DNA of 64,000 bases from the NCBI GenBank assembly GCA_033875325.1, contig JANRKA010000071.1, positions 73,371-137,370 on the forward strand. Reading direction: 5' to 3'. The notes beneath the pieces were generated by a model. The model was not told the DNA's origin. It did no database searches and saw only the letters and a list, made by a program, of their open reading frames with translations. Source of the stretch: Elusimicrobiota bacterium. GTDB lineage: Bacteria; Elusimicrobiota; Elusimicrobia; UBA1565; UBA9628. Of this stretch, positions 51,477 through 61,273 are shown piece by piece. The translations under genes were made by a program, and so were the position numbers. Every line of letters begins with the position of its first letter. The stretch's first letter is position 1.

Positions 51477-54400
51477 GAGGCCGCAGCCTGCTGCTTCTTG
51501 CGCGCCCGGTCGGCGTGGAACTGCTCGATGGTGAGGTTCTTGAGCATGGAGCAGTTCTGGTTGGGGTTGTGGACGAAGTGGACCGAACGGACGTAGTCCT
51601 CGATCACGTGGATCTTCTGCAGCGGCGTGACGACGAGGAGCTGGATGTTGAGCTGGTTGAACAAGGTCAGGGCGTAACGGGCCGACTCGTCGGAGCCGCG
51701 GCCGAACGCCTCATCGATCATCACGAAGCGGAAGGCCTTGGAGCGCTTTTCGGCCCAGCCGAGGCCGAACTGGTAGGCGAGCGCCGAGGCCAGGATCGTG
51801 TAGGCCAGCTTCTCCTTCTGGCCGCCGGACTTGCCCGCGGAGTCCGAGTAGGTCTCCTTGATCTCGTTGTTCTCGCGCCAGCGCTCATAGACGATGAACT
51901 CGAACCAGTTGCGCACGTCGGTGACCTTCTTGGCCCACTTCTGGTCGATCTCCGTCATCCCCTCGCGGCCGTTGAAGCGGTCGATGACGGCCTTGACCTG
52001 GAGAAACTTGTGCTCGGTGTAGAACTCGGCGTCCTGGCCGGAGAGCGTCCCACCCAGGCACTCCTTGAGCTGCTTCTGGAACTCGCGGATCTCCGCGTCA
52101 TGGGACGCGTCGGCGACCAGCTCGATGAAGGTCCCGGAGTTGTAGTCGATGTCGCGCAGGGACTGGTTGATGCGGGCGATCTTCTCGCGGGTCTCCTGAC
52201 ACTCCTTGTCGAGTTGGTTCTGGAAGAGGGCGATGTCGTTGATCGTGCCCTCGTTGAGGAGTTGCTTGAACCGCTCCTCGTGGCGCGGCAGGTCCTCGCC
52301 GCGAAGCCGCGCCAACATGCTCCGGAACTCGTCGGCAGACTCGAGGCTGGCGTCGACGTCGCGGGTCTCGACGGGGTGCTCCGTCTTGTATTCGTGCATC
52401 TGACGCAGGATCTTCTCTCGCAGACGGTCGAGCTTTTTGTCCTCCTCATCGATTCTGGCCTGAAGCCACTCACGGGTATCCGTCTGGCAGTTGTCGCAGC
52501 TCTCAACCGTGAGCTTGCGGTCGGGGGGCGTTTCGGCGCGCAGCTCCTCCAGCCTCGGGAAGAGCCGCGCCTTGTCGGCCTCGGCGACCTTCGCCAGCTC
52601 CCCGGCCGCGTCGCTCTTGAGCTCCTCCGCGGCGGTGAGCTTGTCGTTGACCGAGCCCTGTTCCTGAAGAAGTGCCGTTTTGGCGGCGTCGGCCGCCTCG
52701 TGCTTCTGTTCCGACTCCTTGAGCGAAGCCTGGAGCGTCCGCAGGACGTCGGACTCGGCGGTTATCCGCTTCCGCTCCTCCTCGAGGTCGGCGATGCGGC
52801 GGGCGGAGCTCTTCCAGTCGATGTCCTGGAACTCGGTGACGCCAAGCAGGTCGCGGGCGGCGTCCCGTTTGGCGTCAAGCTCGGCGATCCGGTCCAGGAC
52901 CTTCTTGATCGCGGCCATGTCCTTCTTCTCGTCCTCGACCAACGACCCGAGTTGCTGCTCTAGCGCCAGGACTTTGTCCTCGTTGCTCCAGCCGAGCACG
53001 TAGCGGGACCGGTCGTCGATGTCGAATCGGTCGTCCTTCTCGTGCCTCCCTCCGGGCGTCTTGGCTTGGCCTTGTCGGGTGAGGGCCTTGGTCTCGCGCT
53101 GGAACTCATCGAGACTCTCGCAGCAGAGGTAGTCGAAGCGCTTTATGAGCTCCTGTTCCAGCCACGGCTGGAAGGCGCTATCGGGTTTGACCTGGAGCTT
53201 GTGCGCCAGATGGCGTGCATCGGAAGGGCGGCCGGAGGCGCCTGCCTCCTGGCGCACGCGGATATAGACGAGACGACCGCGCAGGTTGGTCTTGTCGACG
53301 AAGCGAGCGACGGAGGCGTAGGAGTCCTCCGGGACGAGCAGGCTCAGTCCGAAGTTGTGAAGCACCCGCTCTAGGGCGCCTTCCCACGCCGCGTGCTCGG
53401 GGCGGACTTGCAGCAGTTCGCCGACGAACGGCAGCGACTCCTCGGGGATGTCTAGAGACCGGGAGATCAGCAGCCGTATCTGCAGGCTATGGGAGGGGAT
53501 ATTCGACGCGCGTCCTTGCAGGGACTCAAGTTCCGCCTGAATTCCTTGGGCGCGCTTCTCGCGGTCGCGATGCTCGATCGCCAGATCGACGCGCCGCTCC
53601 TCCTCACGCTTCTTCTCGGCTTCGGTCTCGGCGCGAACGGACTGCGCCTTGGCCTTGTTCGCGTGGAAGGACTCGATGGCGTCGGCGGAGCGAAGGCCGA
53701 GCTTCTTGCAGTGTCCGGCGTACGCCTGCGCGCGTTGCTCGCGCGCGAACCGCTCGACCTCGCTTCGCTCGATCTCTCGGGCGATCGTCTCCAGCCGACC
53801 GCCGCCCTGCGCGCGGATGCTTTCGCGCAGTTCCTCCATCTTCCGGGCGAGCCCATCGAGCTCCTCGCGTTGCTGCGCGAGGCGGTCGGCGAGCTTGCCC
53901 TTCTCGACGCCCAGGCGGCGCAGACGCTCATCGAGAAGCTCGATCTTCTTGGCGGCGAAGAAGGCATGCAGGGCGCCGCGGCACTGGATGAACTCCTCCC
54001 GGCCTTTCGAGACCTCCTGCCAGCGGTCGCAATCCGCCACCAGAGGTCCGAGCCGCTGGATTTGGTCCTTGGCCTTCTTCACCGCGGCGTGGGCGCGGTT
54101 GAGGTTGTCGAAGTTCTGGCGGATATCGGCCAGGCGCTCCTCGATTTGCGGCTTTTCCAGCATGTGTTCGCGCACGAAGGCCGTGAGGTTCTCGACGGTC
54201 TTGAGAGCGACGGTCTGGTAGAAGAGATCGAGCGCCTGATCGCTACGGATGTCCATGCGTCGGCGGAACTCGCGGGCATATTGGACGTAGGAGTCGAACA
54301 GATGGATGTCGGCCTCCTTTCGGAGGCGCTTCTTGAGGCCGGCGATCTCAGGGCCGAAGTTGCTGAAGTGCTCGGCGATCGTCAGGGGCCGGTCGGCGAT

Positions 54401-54832
54401 CACGAAGAGCTTGTCGGGCTGGGCGTTGTCGCCCTTGGTCCAGAACACCTGCGCCAGCGTCACGCCCTGGTCGTAGCCGTCGTTGTGGAAATAGCCGAGG
54501 ATGACGCTGTAGCTGGCGCCGGAGCGCAGCGAGACGACCTTCGCCGCCGAGCGCGTTCGGTCCTCCTTGAAGTCGCCGCGCACGTACGAGAGCAGGTCGC
54601 GCTCCGAGCGCTCCGCTCCGGCGGCGCGATTGTAGACGATGCGGTGTGAGGGCACCAGGAGCGTCGTCAGGGCGTCGACCAGCGAGGACTTGCCCGAGCC
54701 GATGTCGCCGGTCAGGAACGAGTTGTGGCCCAGCGGCTCGATCCTCCATACCTTCTTGTCGAAGGTGCCCCAATTGAGGACCTCGAAGCGGTGGAGGCGG
54801 AAGCCGGAGAGCTCAGTCCGCTCGGTTTCCAT
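51473..54832 (-). CDS. jetC: Wadjet JetC (SMC-like ATPase)
   Basis: Start METERTELSGFRLHRFEVLNWGTFDKKVW. Walker A GDIGSGKSSLVDAL. About 700 aa of coiled coil. C-terminal FRFVMIDEAFGRGSDE. The track ORF extends to 55015 inside jetB. Confidence 0.9.
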   Translation of the reverse strand: METERTELSGFRLHRFEVLNWGTFDKKVWRIEPLGHNSFLTGDIGSGKSSLVDALTTLLVPSHRIVYNRAAGAERSERDLLSYVRGDFKEDRTRSAAKVVSLRSGASYSVILGYFHNDGYDQGVTLAQVFWTKGDNAQPDKLFVIADRPLTIAEHFSNFGPEIAGLKKRLRKEADIHLFDSYVQYAREFRRRMDIRSDQALDLFYQTVALKTVENLTAFVREHMLEKPQIEERLADIRQNFDNLNRAHAAVKKAKDQIQRLGPLVADCDRWQEVSKGREEFIQCRGALHAFFAAKKIELLDERLRRLGVEKGKLADRLAQQREELDGLARKMEELRESIRAQGGGRLETIAREIERSEVERFAREQRAQAYAGHCKKLGLRSADAIESFHANKAKAQSVRAETEAEKKREEERRVDLAIEHRDREKRAQGIQAELESLQGRASNIPSHSLQIRLLISRSLDIPEESLPFVGELLQVRPEHAAWEGALERVLHNFGLSLLVPEDSYASVARFVDKTNLRGRLVYIRVRQEAGASGRPSDARHLAHKLQVKPDSAFQPWLEQELIKRFDYLCCESLDEFQRETKALTRQGQAKTPGGRHEKDDRFDIDDRSRYVLGWSNEDKVLALEQQLGSLVEDEKKDMAAIKKVLDRIAELDAKRDAARDLLGVTEFQDIDWKSSARRIADLEEERKRITAESDVLRTLQASLKESEQKHEAADAAKTALLQEQGSVNDKLTAAEELKSDAAGELAKVAEADKARLFPRLEELRAETPPDRKLTVESCDNCQTDTREWLQARIDEEDKKLDRLREKILRQMHEYKTEHPVETRDVDASLESADEFRSMLARLRGEDLPRHEERFKQLLNEGTINDIALFQNQLDKECQETREKIARINQSLRDIDYNSGTFIELVADASHDAEIREFQKQLKECLGGTLSGQDAEFYTEHKFLQVKAVIDRFNGREGMTEIDQKWAKKVTDVRNWFEFIVYERWRENNEIKETYSDSAGKSGGQKEKLAYTILASALAYQFGLGWAEKRSKAFRFVMIDEAFGRGSDESARYALTLFNQLNIQLLVVTPLQKIHVIEDYVRSVHFVHNPNQNCSMLKNLTIEQFHADRARKKQQAAAS

Positions 54833-55418
54833 GTTCCTGGTAGGCCTTGATGGCCTCGTCGAGGTTCTGCAGCCAGTCGGCCGTCGCCAGCGCCTTGAGG
54901 ATCGGCCGCACTTCGTAGGCCGGCGGGTTGGACTCCAGAGGCTTGAGCACCTCCATCGCCACCGCCTTGTTGATCTGGGCGTCGATCTGCTGCTCGGTGA
55001 AGGCTTCGTTGGCACGTTGGGGGAAGAAGACCTTCATCATCTCGACGATCTGCTCGTGCGTCAGGACGACGCGGTTGCCCGCGCCGCTGCCGCCGGCGTC
55101 GGCCTCGACCATTCTCTTGCGCAGCAACACGCAGAGCACGCTCAACGCGTAGCCGAGCGGCCGTCGTTGGATGAGGCGCGGGATGCCGGAATCATCGTCC
55201 AGCGGCGCTTGTCTCAGGTAGGCGAAGCCCTCGGCCTGATCGATCATCAGGTCCAGGCCGACCATCTTGAAATAGTCCAGCACCTGGGCTTCGAGTGCCT
55301 CCAGGTCATGCCAGACCTGCGGATGCTGGTCGCGGTAAAGCACGCCCTTGAGCAGGTGGACGAGGATGGGGGGCAGCTTCGGCGCCCGCGAGGCCGGCTC
55401 GGTCGCTTTCTCAGGCAT
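54813..55418 (-). CDS. jetB: Wadjet JetB (DUF4194)
   Basis: 201 aa. LVHLLKGVLYRDQHPQVWHDLEALEAQVLDYFKMVGLDLMIDQAEGFAYLRQ. Confidence 0.75.
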   Translation of the reverse strand: MPEKATEPASRAPKLPPILVHLLKGVLYRDQHPQVWHDLEALEAQVLDYFKMVGLDLMIDQAEGFAYLRQAPLDDDSGIPRLIQRRPLGYALSVLCVLLRKRMVEADAGGSGAGNRVVLTHEQIVEMMKVFFPQRANEAFTEQQIDAQINKAVAMEVLKPLESNPPAYEVRPILKALATADWLQNLDEAIKAYQEHGNRAD

Positions 55419-56868
55419 CTTGGGCCACGCGCTCCCGGACGAAGATGACGCGCGGGATGGTCGCGCGCTTCTCTGTTCCCGCTGCGTCCAGCCACGAGAC
55501 GCCGTAGCGCGCCTCCTGCTCGATGATCGCCGTGCCGTCCTTGGCGGCGATGTTCAGATAGGTCAAGAGCTCTGCCAAGCCCTTCTCCAGCGGATGACGC
55601 TCGCAGATCTCCTGGAGCGTCACTTGCGAGGCTCCATCGAGCTCCTGCTCGATGCGCCGGCGCAGTTCCCGCTCGTCAACGAAATGGACGTTGTAGAGGG
55701 CGTCGCTCTCGAAGTCCGCCACGCCTTCATCCACCTGCACCTGCTCCAGCAGGGCCTTCTTGTTCTTCGCCGGGTCGAACAGGCCGCGGGCCATCGTGAG
55801 GTCCCAGTTGGGGCGCACGTCATCGAGTGCGGCGAATTGGCCGTCGCCGGGAATCCGGCCGAGCTCGACGGCTCGCTTCTCGATGCTTCGGATGAGCTCC
55901 ATGATGCGCCTGTTCTCTAGCCAAGCGCGCCCCTCGATGAAGCGGCGGAGACTGTCCGTGAGCGAGCCGGTCGTCTTGTTGATCTTCTCGCCGGACTCCA
56001 TCAGGCGGTATTTGAGGCGGACCAGCAGGTCGTCCGGCCCGAGCGCCTTCACGTCCTCGAGCGCCGCCAGCTTGGCCGCCATCAGCTGGAGTTCCTGCTG
56101 ACGGTCCGGAGACATCAGGAACTCCCAGAAGGCCTTGAAGCTTCGGCCCTCGTCCGAGGAGGTGATCGTACTCTCCTCGCCGAAGATCTCGTCGAGCAGT
56201 TGTCCTTTGCTTTTCTCGCTCGTGGCGATCTTCTCGCGCGTGCGTCGGTCGAGGTGGCGGAAGTTCTCCTCGACCTGGCGGAAGTCGGCGAGGAGCCTTC
56301 GGGCCGTGTCCTCGACCTGGAGATACTGCTCCTTGATGCGCGTCGGGTCGTAGGAGACGACCTCGCCCCCTTTAAGCCTCCGGATCTCGTCATCGAGCTC
56401 GGCGCGGCGCTTTTCCAGCAGGGCGATGCGAGCCGCGCGGTCGGTTTCGGCGGCCTGCGTGACCTGACGCAAAAGCTCGAAGATCGTGAGCAGACGGGAC
56501 TCCGTGCCGACGAAGGGCCGCTGCTCCAGGCTGCGCAGCCACTCGATGGCCTTCTCCGTCGCCGGGGTCAGGTCGAACTCCGGCTCCTCGCCTTTGGTGG
56601 GGTAATACTTGCGCAGGTAGGCGTTCTCTCCGCGCGCCCAATCGTCCAGGTAGTCCTGCGCGGGCTTGGGGTAGCGGTTGTCGAGCGCCGCATTCAGGTG
56701 AAAGAGGTGGTCCTCGAGTCGGGCGGCCAACTGCGACTGCTTGATGGAGCGGGCGTTGGGCTTCAGGAAGGCTTGGTCCAGAAAGCTGATGATCAGCGGC
56801 GCCGTCTCGGCGTTAAGCAGCCGCCAGGCAGGGTGCTTCCGAAGACGCTCCAGATGTTCGTGATCCAT
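55411..56868 (-). CDS. jetA: Wadjet JetA (DUF3375)
   Basis: 485 aa. LRKHPAWRLLNAETAPLIISFLDQAF... First gene of the operon, overlapping jetB by 8 nt. Confidence 0.75.
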   Translation of the reverse strand: MDHEHLERLRKHPAWRLLNAETAPLIISFLDQAFLKPNARSIKQSQLAARLEDHLFHLNAALDNRYPKPAQDYLDDWARGENAYLRKYYPTKGEEPEFDLTPATEKAIEWLRSLEQRPFVGTESRLLTIFELLRQVTQAAETDRAARIALLEKRRAELDDEIRRLKGGEVVSYDPTRIKEQYLQVEDTARRLLADFRQVEENFRHLDRRTREKIATSEKSKGQLLDEIFGEESTITSSDEGRSFKAFWEFLMSPDRQQELQLMAAKLAALEDVKALGPDDLLVRLKYRLMESGEKINKTTGSLTDSLRRFIEGRAWLENRRIMELIRSIEKRAVELGRIPGDGQFAALDDVRPNWDLTMARGLFDPAKNKKALLEQVQVDEGVADFESDALYNVHFVDERELRRRIEQELDGASQVTLQEICERHPLEKGLAELLTYLNIAAKDGTAIIEQEARYGVSWLDAAGTEKRATIPRVIFVRERVAQDA

Positions 56869-57027
56869 GCGAGGGACTCAATCCAGGTGGGACCGAATGC
56901 GGTGATTTTACTATAACTACATGACATCGTCGACGGCCGGACATTTCCGCCTTGCAATGCGGACTCTGCCGAGCGGTTCACGCCCCCATGCCGTCGATGA
57001 CCCCCATAGAGTCAGGAGAAGGACGTT

Positions 57028-58728
57028 ATGCGCTTGTGTCACCTTAAGATTGAGCGGTTCCGCGGTATCAACTCGCTGGAATGGACGGTGAGGGGGGATT
57101 TCCTCTGCTTCATCGGCCCCGGCGACGCAACGAAGTCGACAATCTTGGACGCCATCGAGCTGGCGTTGTCCGCGCGTCGCGACCACGCTTTCGATGACTC
57201 CGACTTCTACGAGAGCGATACCTCCCAGCCCATCATCATCACCGCGACTCTCACGCAGTTGCCGGAGTCGATGATCTCCGACAGCAAGTTCGGCCGGGAC
57301 ATTCGTGGGTGGTCCGAGGAGTCCGGATTGCGAGACGAGCCCGGCGAACACGACGAGCCCGCGCTCTCGATCCGACTCACCGTGGACGCATCCCTCGAGC
57401 CCGAGTGGACCGTCTACAACGAGCGTACGGCCGAACCCCGCTACATGATGGCTCGCGACCGCCAGGCAATCGGGCTCATGCGATTAGGGGCTTCCATCGA
57501 TCGGCAGTTCACATGGAACGACGGCACCGTGCTGTCGCGTATCACCGGCAAAGTGGAGGAGCTTCCTCGTCTCCTGGCGGAAGCCGCGCGAGCCGCTCGG
57601 GGCAGCGTGGCCGAAGGAGCGATCAAAACCTTGGCCGACGCCGCCGCGCGAGTCCAGGAACTCGGCAAGAAAGTGGGCGTCGCGCCCCGTAAGATATTCG
57701 GCGCCGGCCTCGATCTGCGGCGTGTCAATGTGGGCTCCGGCGGGATGGCCCTGCACGACGGGAACATCCCGCTGCGCCGTGCCGGGCTTGGTACCCGGCG
57801 CCTCCTTGCGGTCGCGCTCCAGCGCGAGATCATCAAGGACGGTGGGATCACCCTCGTCGACGAGCTTGAGCATGGACTCGAACCGCATCGGCTGCGCTCC
57901 CTGATCGATGTACTCCGTCCCGTGGCCGGAGGCGAAGGCCAACCCTCCGCGGGACAGGTCCTCATGACCACGCACTCGCCGATTGCGGTCGTCGCCCTCG
58001 ACGCCGCCGCCCTAAAGGTCGTCAGGACCAAAGATGGGGCGACTCGTATCATCGACATCGATCCGAGCCTCCAGAATCTTGTTCGCGCCGCCCCTGAAGC
58101 CTTTTTGGGCCGCAGAATCATCGTTTGCGAGGGAAAGACCGAAGCGGGCTTGCTCATGGGGTTGGACCGTTCATGGGCGGACGCCGACGTTGCCTATACG
58201 TCGTTCGCCTATCGAGGCATCGTGCCGGTGGACGGCGGCGGGGCCCAGGCGCCGAGCCGCGCGGTCGCGCTCGCCCAGCTCGGCTACGACGTGGCCTTCC
58301 TCGGCGATTCGGACCGGCCGACGAATCCGACACCTGAGCAGATGACCGCCGCGGGTATCAAGGTCTGCATCTGGGACGGTGCCTCAAACACAGAGGATCG
58401 GTTCGCCCGCGATCTTCCGTGGGGCGCAGTCAAGTCGCTTGTCGCACTTGCCGCGCGCGAGCACGGTGGCGACCAGCGAATTATCGATATGATTAGAGGC
58501 CGAATCGCTGGTGGCCAGGTTCCCGCCGGCGCGCCGGCGACTTGGGTGGATGCCGAACCTCTGCGCGCCGCGATTGGCGCGGCGGCACACGCGAACGATT
58601 TGTTCAAGCGGATCGGGCTCGGTAAAGAGGTCGCGGCCGTCGTCGCTCCGTGCCTGGCGCAGATTCCCGCGACAGACCTCGCGGCCAAGCTAGCGTCTTT
58701 GCGCGCCTGGGTCACGTCCGATGCCTGA
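57028..58728 (+). CDS. gajA: Gabija GajA-like OLD-family ATPase-Toprim nuclease
   Basis: LKIERFRGINSLEW...FIGPGDATKSTILDAIELAL (ABC-type Walker A). LVDELEHGLEP. Toprim IIVCEGKTEAGLL ... FLGDSD. Confidence 0.8.
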   Translation: MRLCHLKIERFRGINSLEWTVRGDFLCFIGPGDATKSTILDAIELALSARRDHAFDDSDFYESDTSQPIIITATLTQLPESMISDSKFGRDIRGWSEESGLRDEPGEHDEPALSIRLTVDASLEPEWTVYNERTAEPRYMMARDRQAIGLMRLGASIDRQFTWNDGTVLSRITGKVEELPRLLAEAARAARGSVAEGAIKTLADAAARVQELGKKVGVAPRKIFGAGLDLRRVNVGSGGMALHDGNIPLRRAGLGTRRLLAVALQREIIKDGGITLVDELEHGLEPHRLRSLIDVLRPVAGGEGQPSAGQVLMTTHSPIAVVALDAAALKVVRTKDGATRIIDIDPSLQNLVRAAPEAFLGRRIIVCEGKTEAGLLMGLDRSWADADVAYTSFAYRGIVPVDGGGAQAPSRAVALAQLGYDVAFLGDSDRPTNPTPEQMTAAGIKVCIWDGASNTEDRFARDLPWGAVKSLVALAAREHGGDQRIIDMIRGRIAGGQVPAGAPATWVDAEPLRAAIGAAAHANDLFKRIGLGKEVAAVVAPCLAQIPATDLAAKLASLRAWVTSDA

Positions 58729-60145
58729 CGCGGAATCCCTGGCTCAGGCCCGTCGCGGCTACGTGGCGGCCGCCGCGGGCTGCGGTAAGACCCAGTTAAT
58801 CTCGGAGGCTGTCGCCTCTCATCCGACGGGGCGACAACTCGTCCTCACGCACACTCACGCGGGGGTGGACGCCCTACGGGCACGTCTCGAGCGGCTCGGT
58901 GCGAGGCTCGGCGGCTACTCGGTCCAGACCATCGCTGGTTTCTCGCTTTCGTACGCGTCCGCGTTCCCGCGCGCATCGTCTCTCGCCTCGGCCAAGCCAA
59001 AATCGCAGGACGAGTGGAAGAGCGTCTATTCTGGGCTCGCCGCGGTCCTCAAGCTGCCCGCCGTGCAGAAGGTCATCAAATCGTCCTACGCGGGATTGTA
59101 CGTCGACGAGTACCAAGACTGCACCAAGGCTCAGCATGGGCTCATGATGAGCGTGGCCGACTTACTACCGACTCGGGTCCTCGGCGACCCGCTCCAGGGC
59201 ATCTTCGACTTCGGCGACAACGACCCCGTCGATTGGGAAGCAGACGTGAAGGAGAAATTCCAGAGCGTCTGTTCTCCGGACGAGCCGCGGCGTTGGGCTG
59301 GCAAGAACGAGGTCTTAGGCGCTTGGCTGAAACAGGTTAGGACTTCGCTGATCAACGGGCAGCCAATCGACCTGAGGCATGCCGCCGTCCGCTTCGTGGA
59401 CACCTCGCGCTCGGTGAACCCGCTGCTGGCCGTCGGTGTTTGTCAGGAGGTCGCCTCCCAAAACCCCGACGACACGGTCGTCGCGATCCACCATCGTCCC
59501 CAGCAATGCCATTGGGTCGCGAACAAGCTGAACGGGCGCTACTCCTGCATCGAGCCCATCGAATCCGGCGAACTGCTCAAGTTCGCGGAGTCTTTAGCAT
59601 CAGGAAACGGCGCCCAGAAAGCGTCCGCGGCGATCGAGTTCGCGGGTAAGTGTATGACGGTCGCCGCACCGATGTTGCGGGGGGCCCAGAAAACAATCCT
59701 CAAAGGCGGTAAGCCCAGGAGCACTAAAGCCGAGCTCGCCGGGCCGCTGGCCGCGTTGGACAGGGTCGTCTCAACCAATGATCTCGTCAATGTCGCCGCG
59801 GCACTCGAAGTGATGAAAGAGATGCCCAAGGCCGTGATTTATCGCCGTGAACTGTTGGACGAGAGCTTGCGCGCGCTACGGGAATACGATCCCGCGAAGC
59901 ATCAGAGTGTGGCGGATGCTTTCTGGGCCGTGCGGAATCGAACGCGCCAGATGGGGCGCAGAATACCGCGCTGCAGCGTGGGGCGAACCCTCCTCATCAA
60001 AGGCCTCGAGTTCGACCATGCCGTTATTTTAGATGCCGACGCCTTGAGTGCGAAGGATCTCTATGTGGCTTTGACGAGAGGCTGCAAGAGCCTGACCATT
60101 CTAGGTAAATCACCCGTCGTGCAGTTCGCAGCAATCGCCGCTTAG
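58721..60145 (+). CDS. gajB: Gabija GajB-like UvrD-family helicase
   Basis: AAAGCGKTQLI (Walker A). LYVDEYQDC (motif II). VALTRGCKSLTIL (motif VI). Overlaps gajA by 8 nt. Confidence 0.8.
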   Translation: MPDAESLAQARRGYVAAAAGCGKTQLISEAVASHPTGRQLVLTHTHAGVDALRARLERLGARLGGYSVQTIAGFSLSYASAFPRASSLASAKPKSQDEWKSVYSGLAAVLKLPAVQKVIKSSYAGLYVDEYQDCTKAQHGLMMSVADLLPTRVLGDPLQGIFDFGDNDPVDWEADVKEKFQSVCSPDEPRRWAGKNEVLGAWLKQVRTSLINGQPIDLRHAAVRFVDTSRSVNPLLAVGVCQEVASQNPDDTVVAIHHRPQQCHWVANKLNGRYSCIEPIESGELLKFAESLASGNGAQKASAAIEFAGKCMTVAAPMLRGAQKTILKGGKPRSTKAELAGPLAALDRVVSTNDLVNVAAALEVMKEMPKAVIYRRELLDESLRALREYDPAKHQSVADAFWAVRNRTRQMGRRIPRCSVGRTLLIKGLEFDHAVILDADALSAKDLYVALTRGCKSLTILGKSPVVQFAAIAA

Positions 60146-60160
60146 CGCAGACGCCCACCC

Positions 60161-61264
60161 ATGACCGGAAAATCGTGTGTCTTCTGCGGCTCTTCGGACG
60201 ACATGACGGGCGAACACGTCTTCGGCGCCTGGCTTGGGCGCTTGGGATTACCTCATGAGCCGTCTCCGCATCGCGCTGGACGTCTCAATCGCAGCCCGCG
60301 AGACATGGGCGTCACCCGGCCCTTTAAGTCCACTGTCCGAGACGTCTGCGCCTCCTGCAATAACGGTTGGATGAGCGCGCTCGAAGCGGCCGCTGCGCGA
60401 GTCCTGCCTCCGCTCATACTTGATGGTCATGGAGAAATCGGGGCGAGCGACGGCTCGTTGATCGCCGCTTGGGCGCAAAAGACGGCGCTCGTCAGCATGC
60501 TGGTCTCCTCAGAAGGAGATCGAGCAGCCGGCTACGGCTTGCCCAGCACTGAGTATCGAGCGCTTTTCGCGGCGCGAGACGGAGCGGCGCCATTACCCGA
60601 CACAAGGGCCTGGATCGGGCGCTATGATGGTGAACGAGTCCGTGCTTCCGCTTGCGTGACGCCGATGGTCGTGAGAATCGACGGGGTGGCCGTCCCGGAG
60701 ACGCCGCAGGGCTATCTCGTCACGATCATCCTTGGCAAGTTGTTATTGCATCTTCTTCGGTTCACGTCGCCTCACCTGGCTATCGACGCCTCCGCTGGCG
60801 CTGAGTTCTCTGAGCTGTGGCCCGCCGTCGCGGGAACGGCGCGCCTAGGGAGCAAAGGAATCGACGACAAGAGGATAAACAAGGTCGAAAAGGGCGCCGC
60901 GTTACGCTCCCTCATGCCGGGCGTCTTGCTCGAAGCCTGGAAGCCAGCGACCGAGCTTCCTCAGAGCACGCTTCAGGATTCGATGGTGAAACTGCCGACG
61001 CCATGCGGGAAGCACTTCATCTTCTATCCCGCGAACCTCGCGCTGGCGGGCATGCGTGGGGTGTATCACGCGTTCCTCACCAACTGCGAATGCGGCAAGA
61101 GCTATCTCATCGTGACGGAAGGAGACGGAGCGCATTTCAAGCTCGAAGGGTCGCAAGAGGCAATCACGGATGCTTACGAGCGCGCGCCGGGGCACGAAAT
61201 CACGCTCGAAGACGAGAACGGGGTGTTCTTGTGCAAGCGCCTGGCTAAAGAATGGGGGAGTTAA
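60161..61264 (+). CDS. HNH (His-Me finger) nuclease-like N-terminus fused to an unrecognised ~290-aa domain
   Basis: CVFCGSSDDMTGEHVFGAWLG ... CASCNNGWMS fits CxxC...EH...CxxCN. Lies 15 nt downstream of gajB on the same strand. Confidence 0.5.
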   Translation: MTGKSCVFCGSSDDMTGEHVFGAWLGRLGLPHEPSPHRAGRLNRSPRDMGVTRPFKSTVRDVCASCNNGWMSALEAAAARVLPPLILDGHGEIGASDGSLIAAWAQKTALVSMLVSSEGDRAAGYGLPSTEYRALFAARDGAAPLPDTRAWIGRYDGERVRASACVTPMVVRIDGVAVPETPQGYLVTIILGKLLLHLLRFTSPHLAIDASAGAEFSELWPAVAGTARLGSKGIDDKRINKVEKGAALRSLMPGVLLEAWKPATELPQSTLQDSMVKLPTPCGKHFIFYPANLALAGMRGVYHAFLTNCECGKSYLIVTEGDGAHFKLEGSQEAITDAYERAPGHEITLEDENGVFLCKRLAKEWGS

Positions 61265-61273
61265 AGTCTCGGC

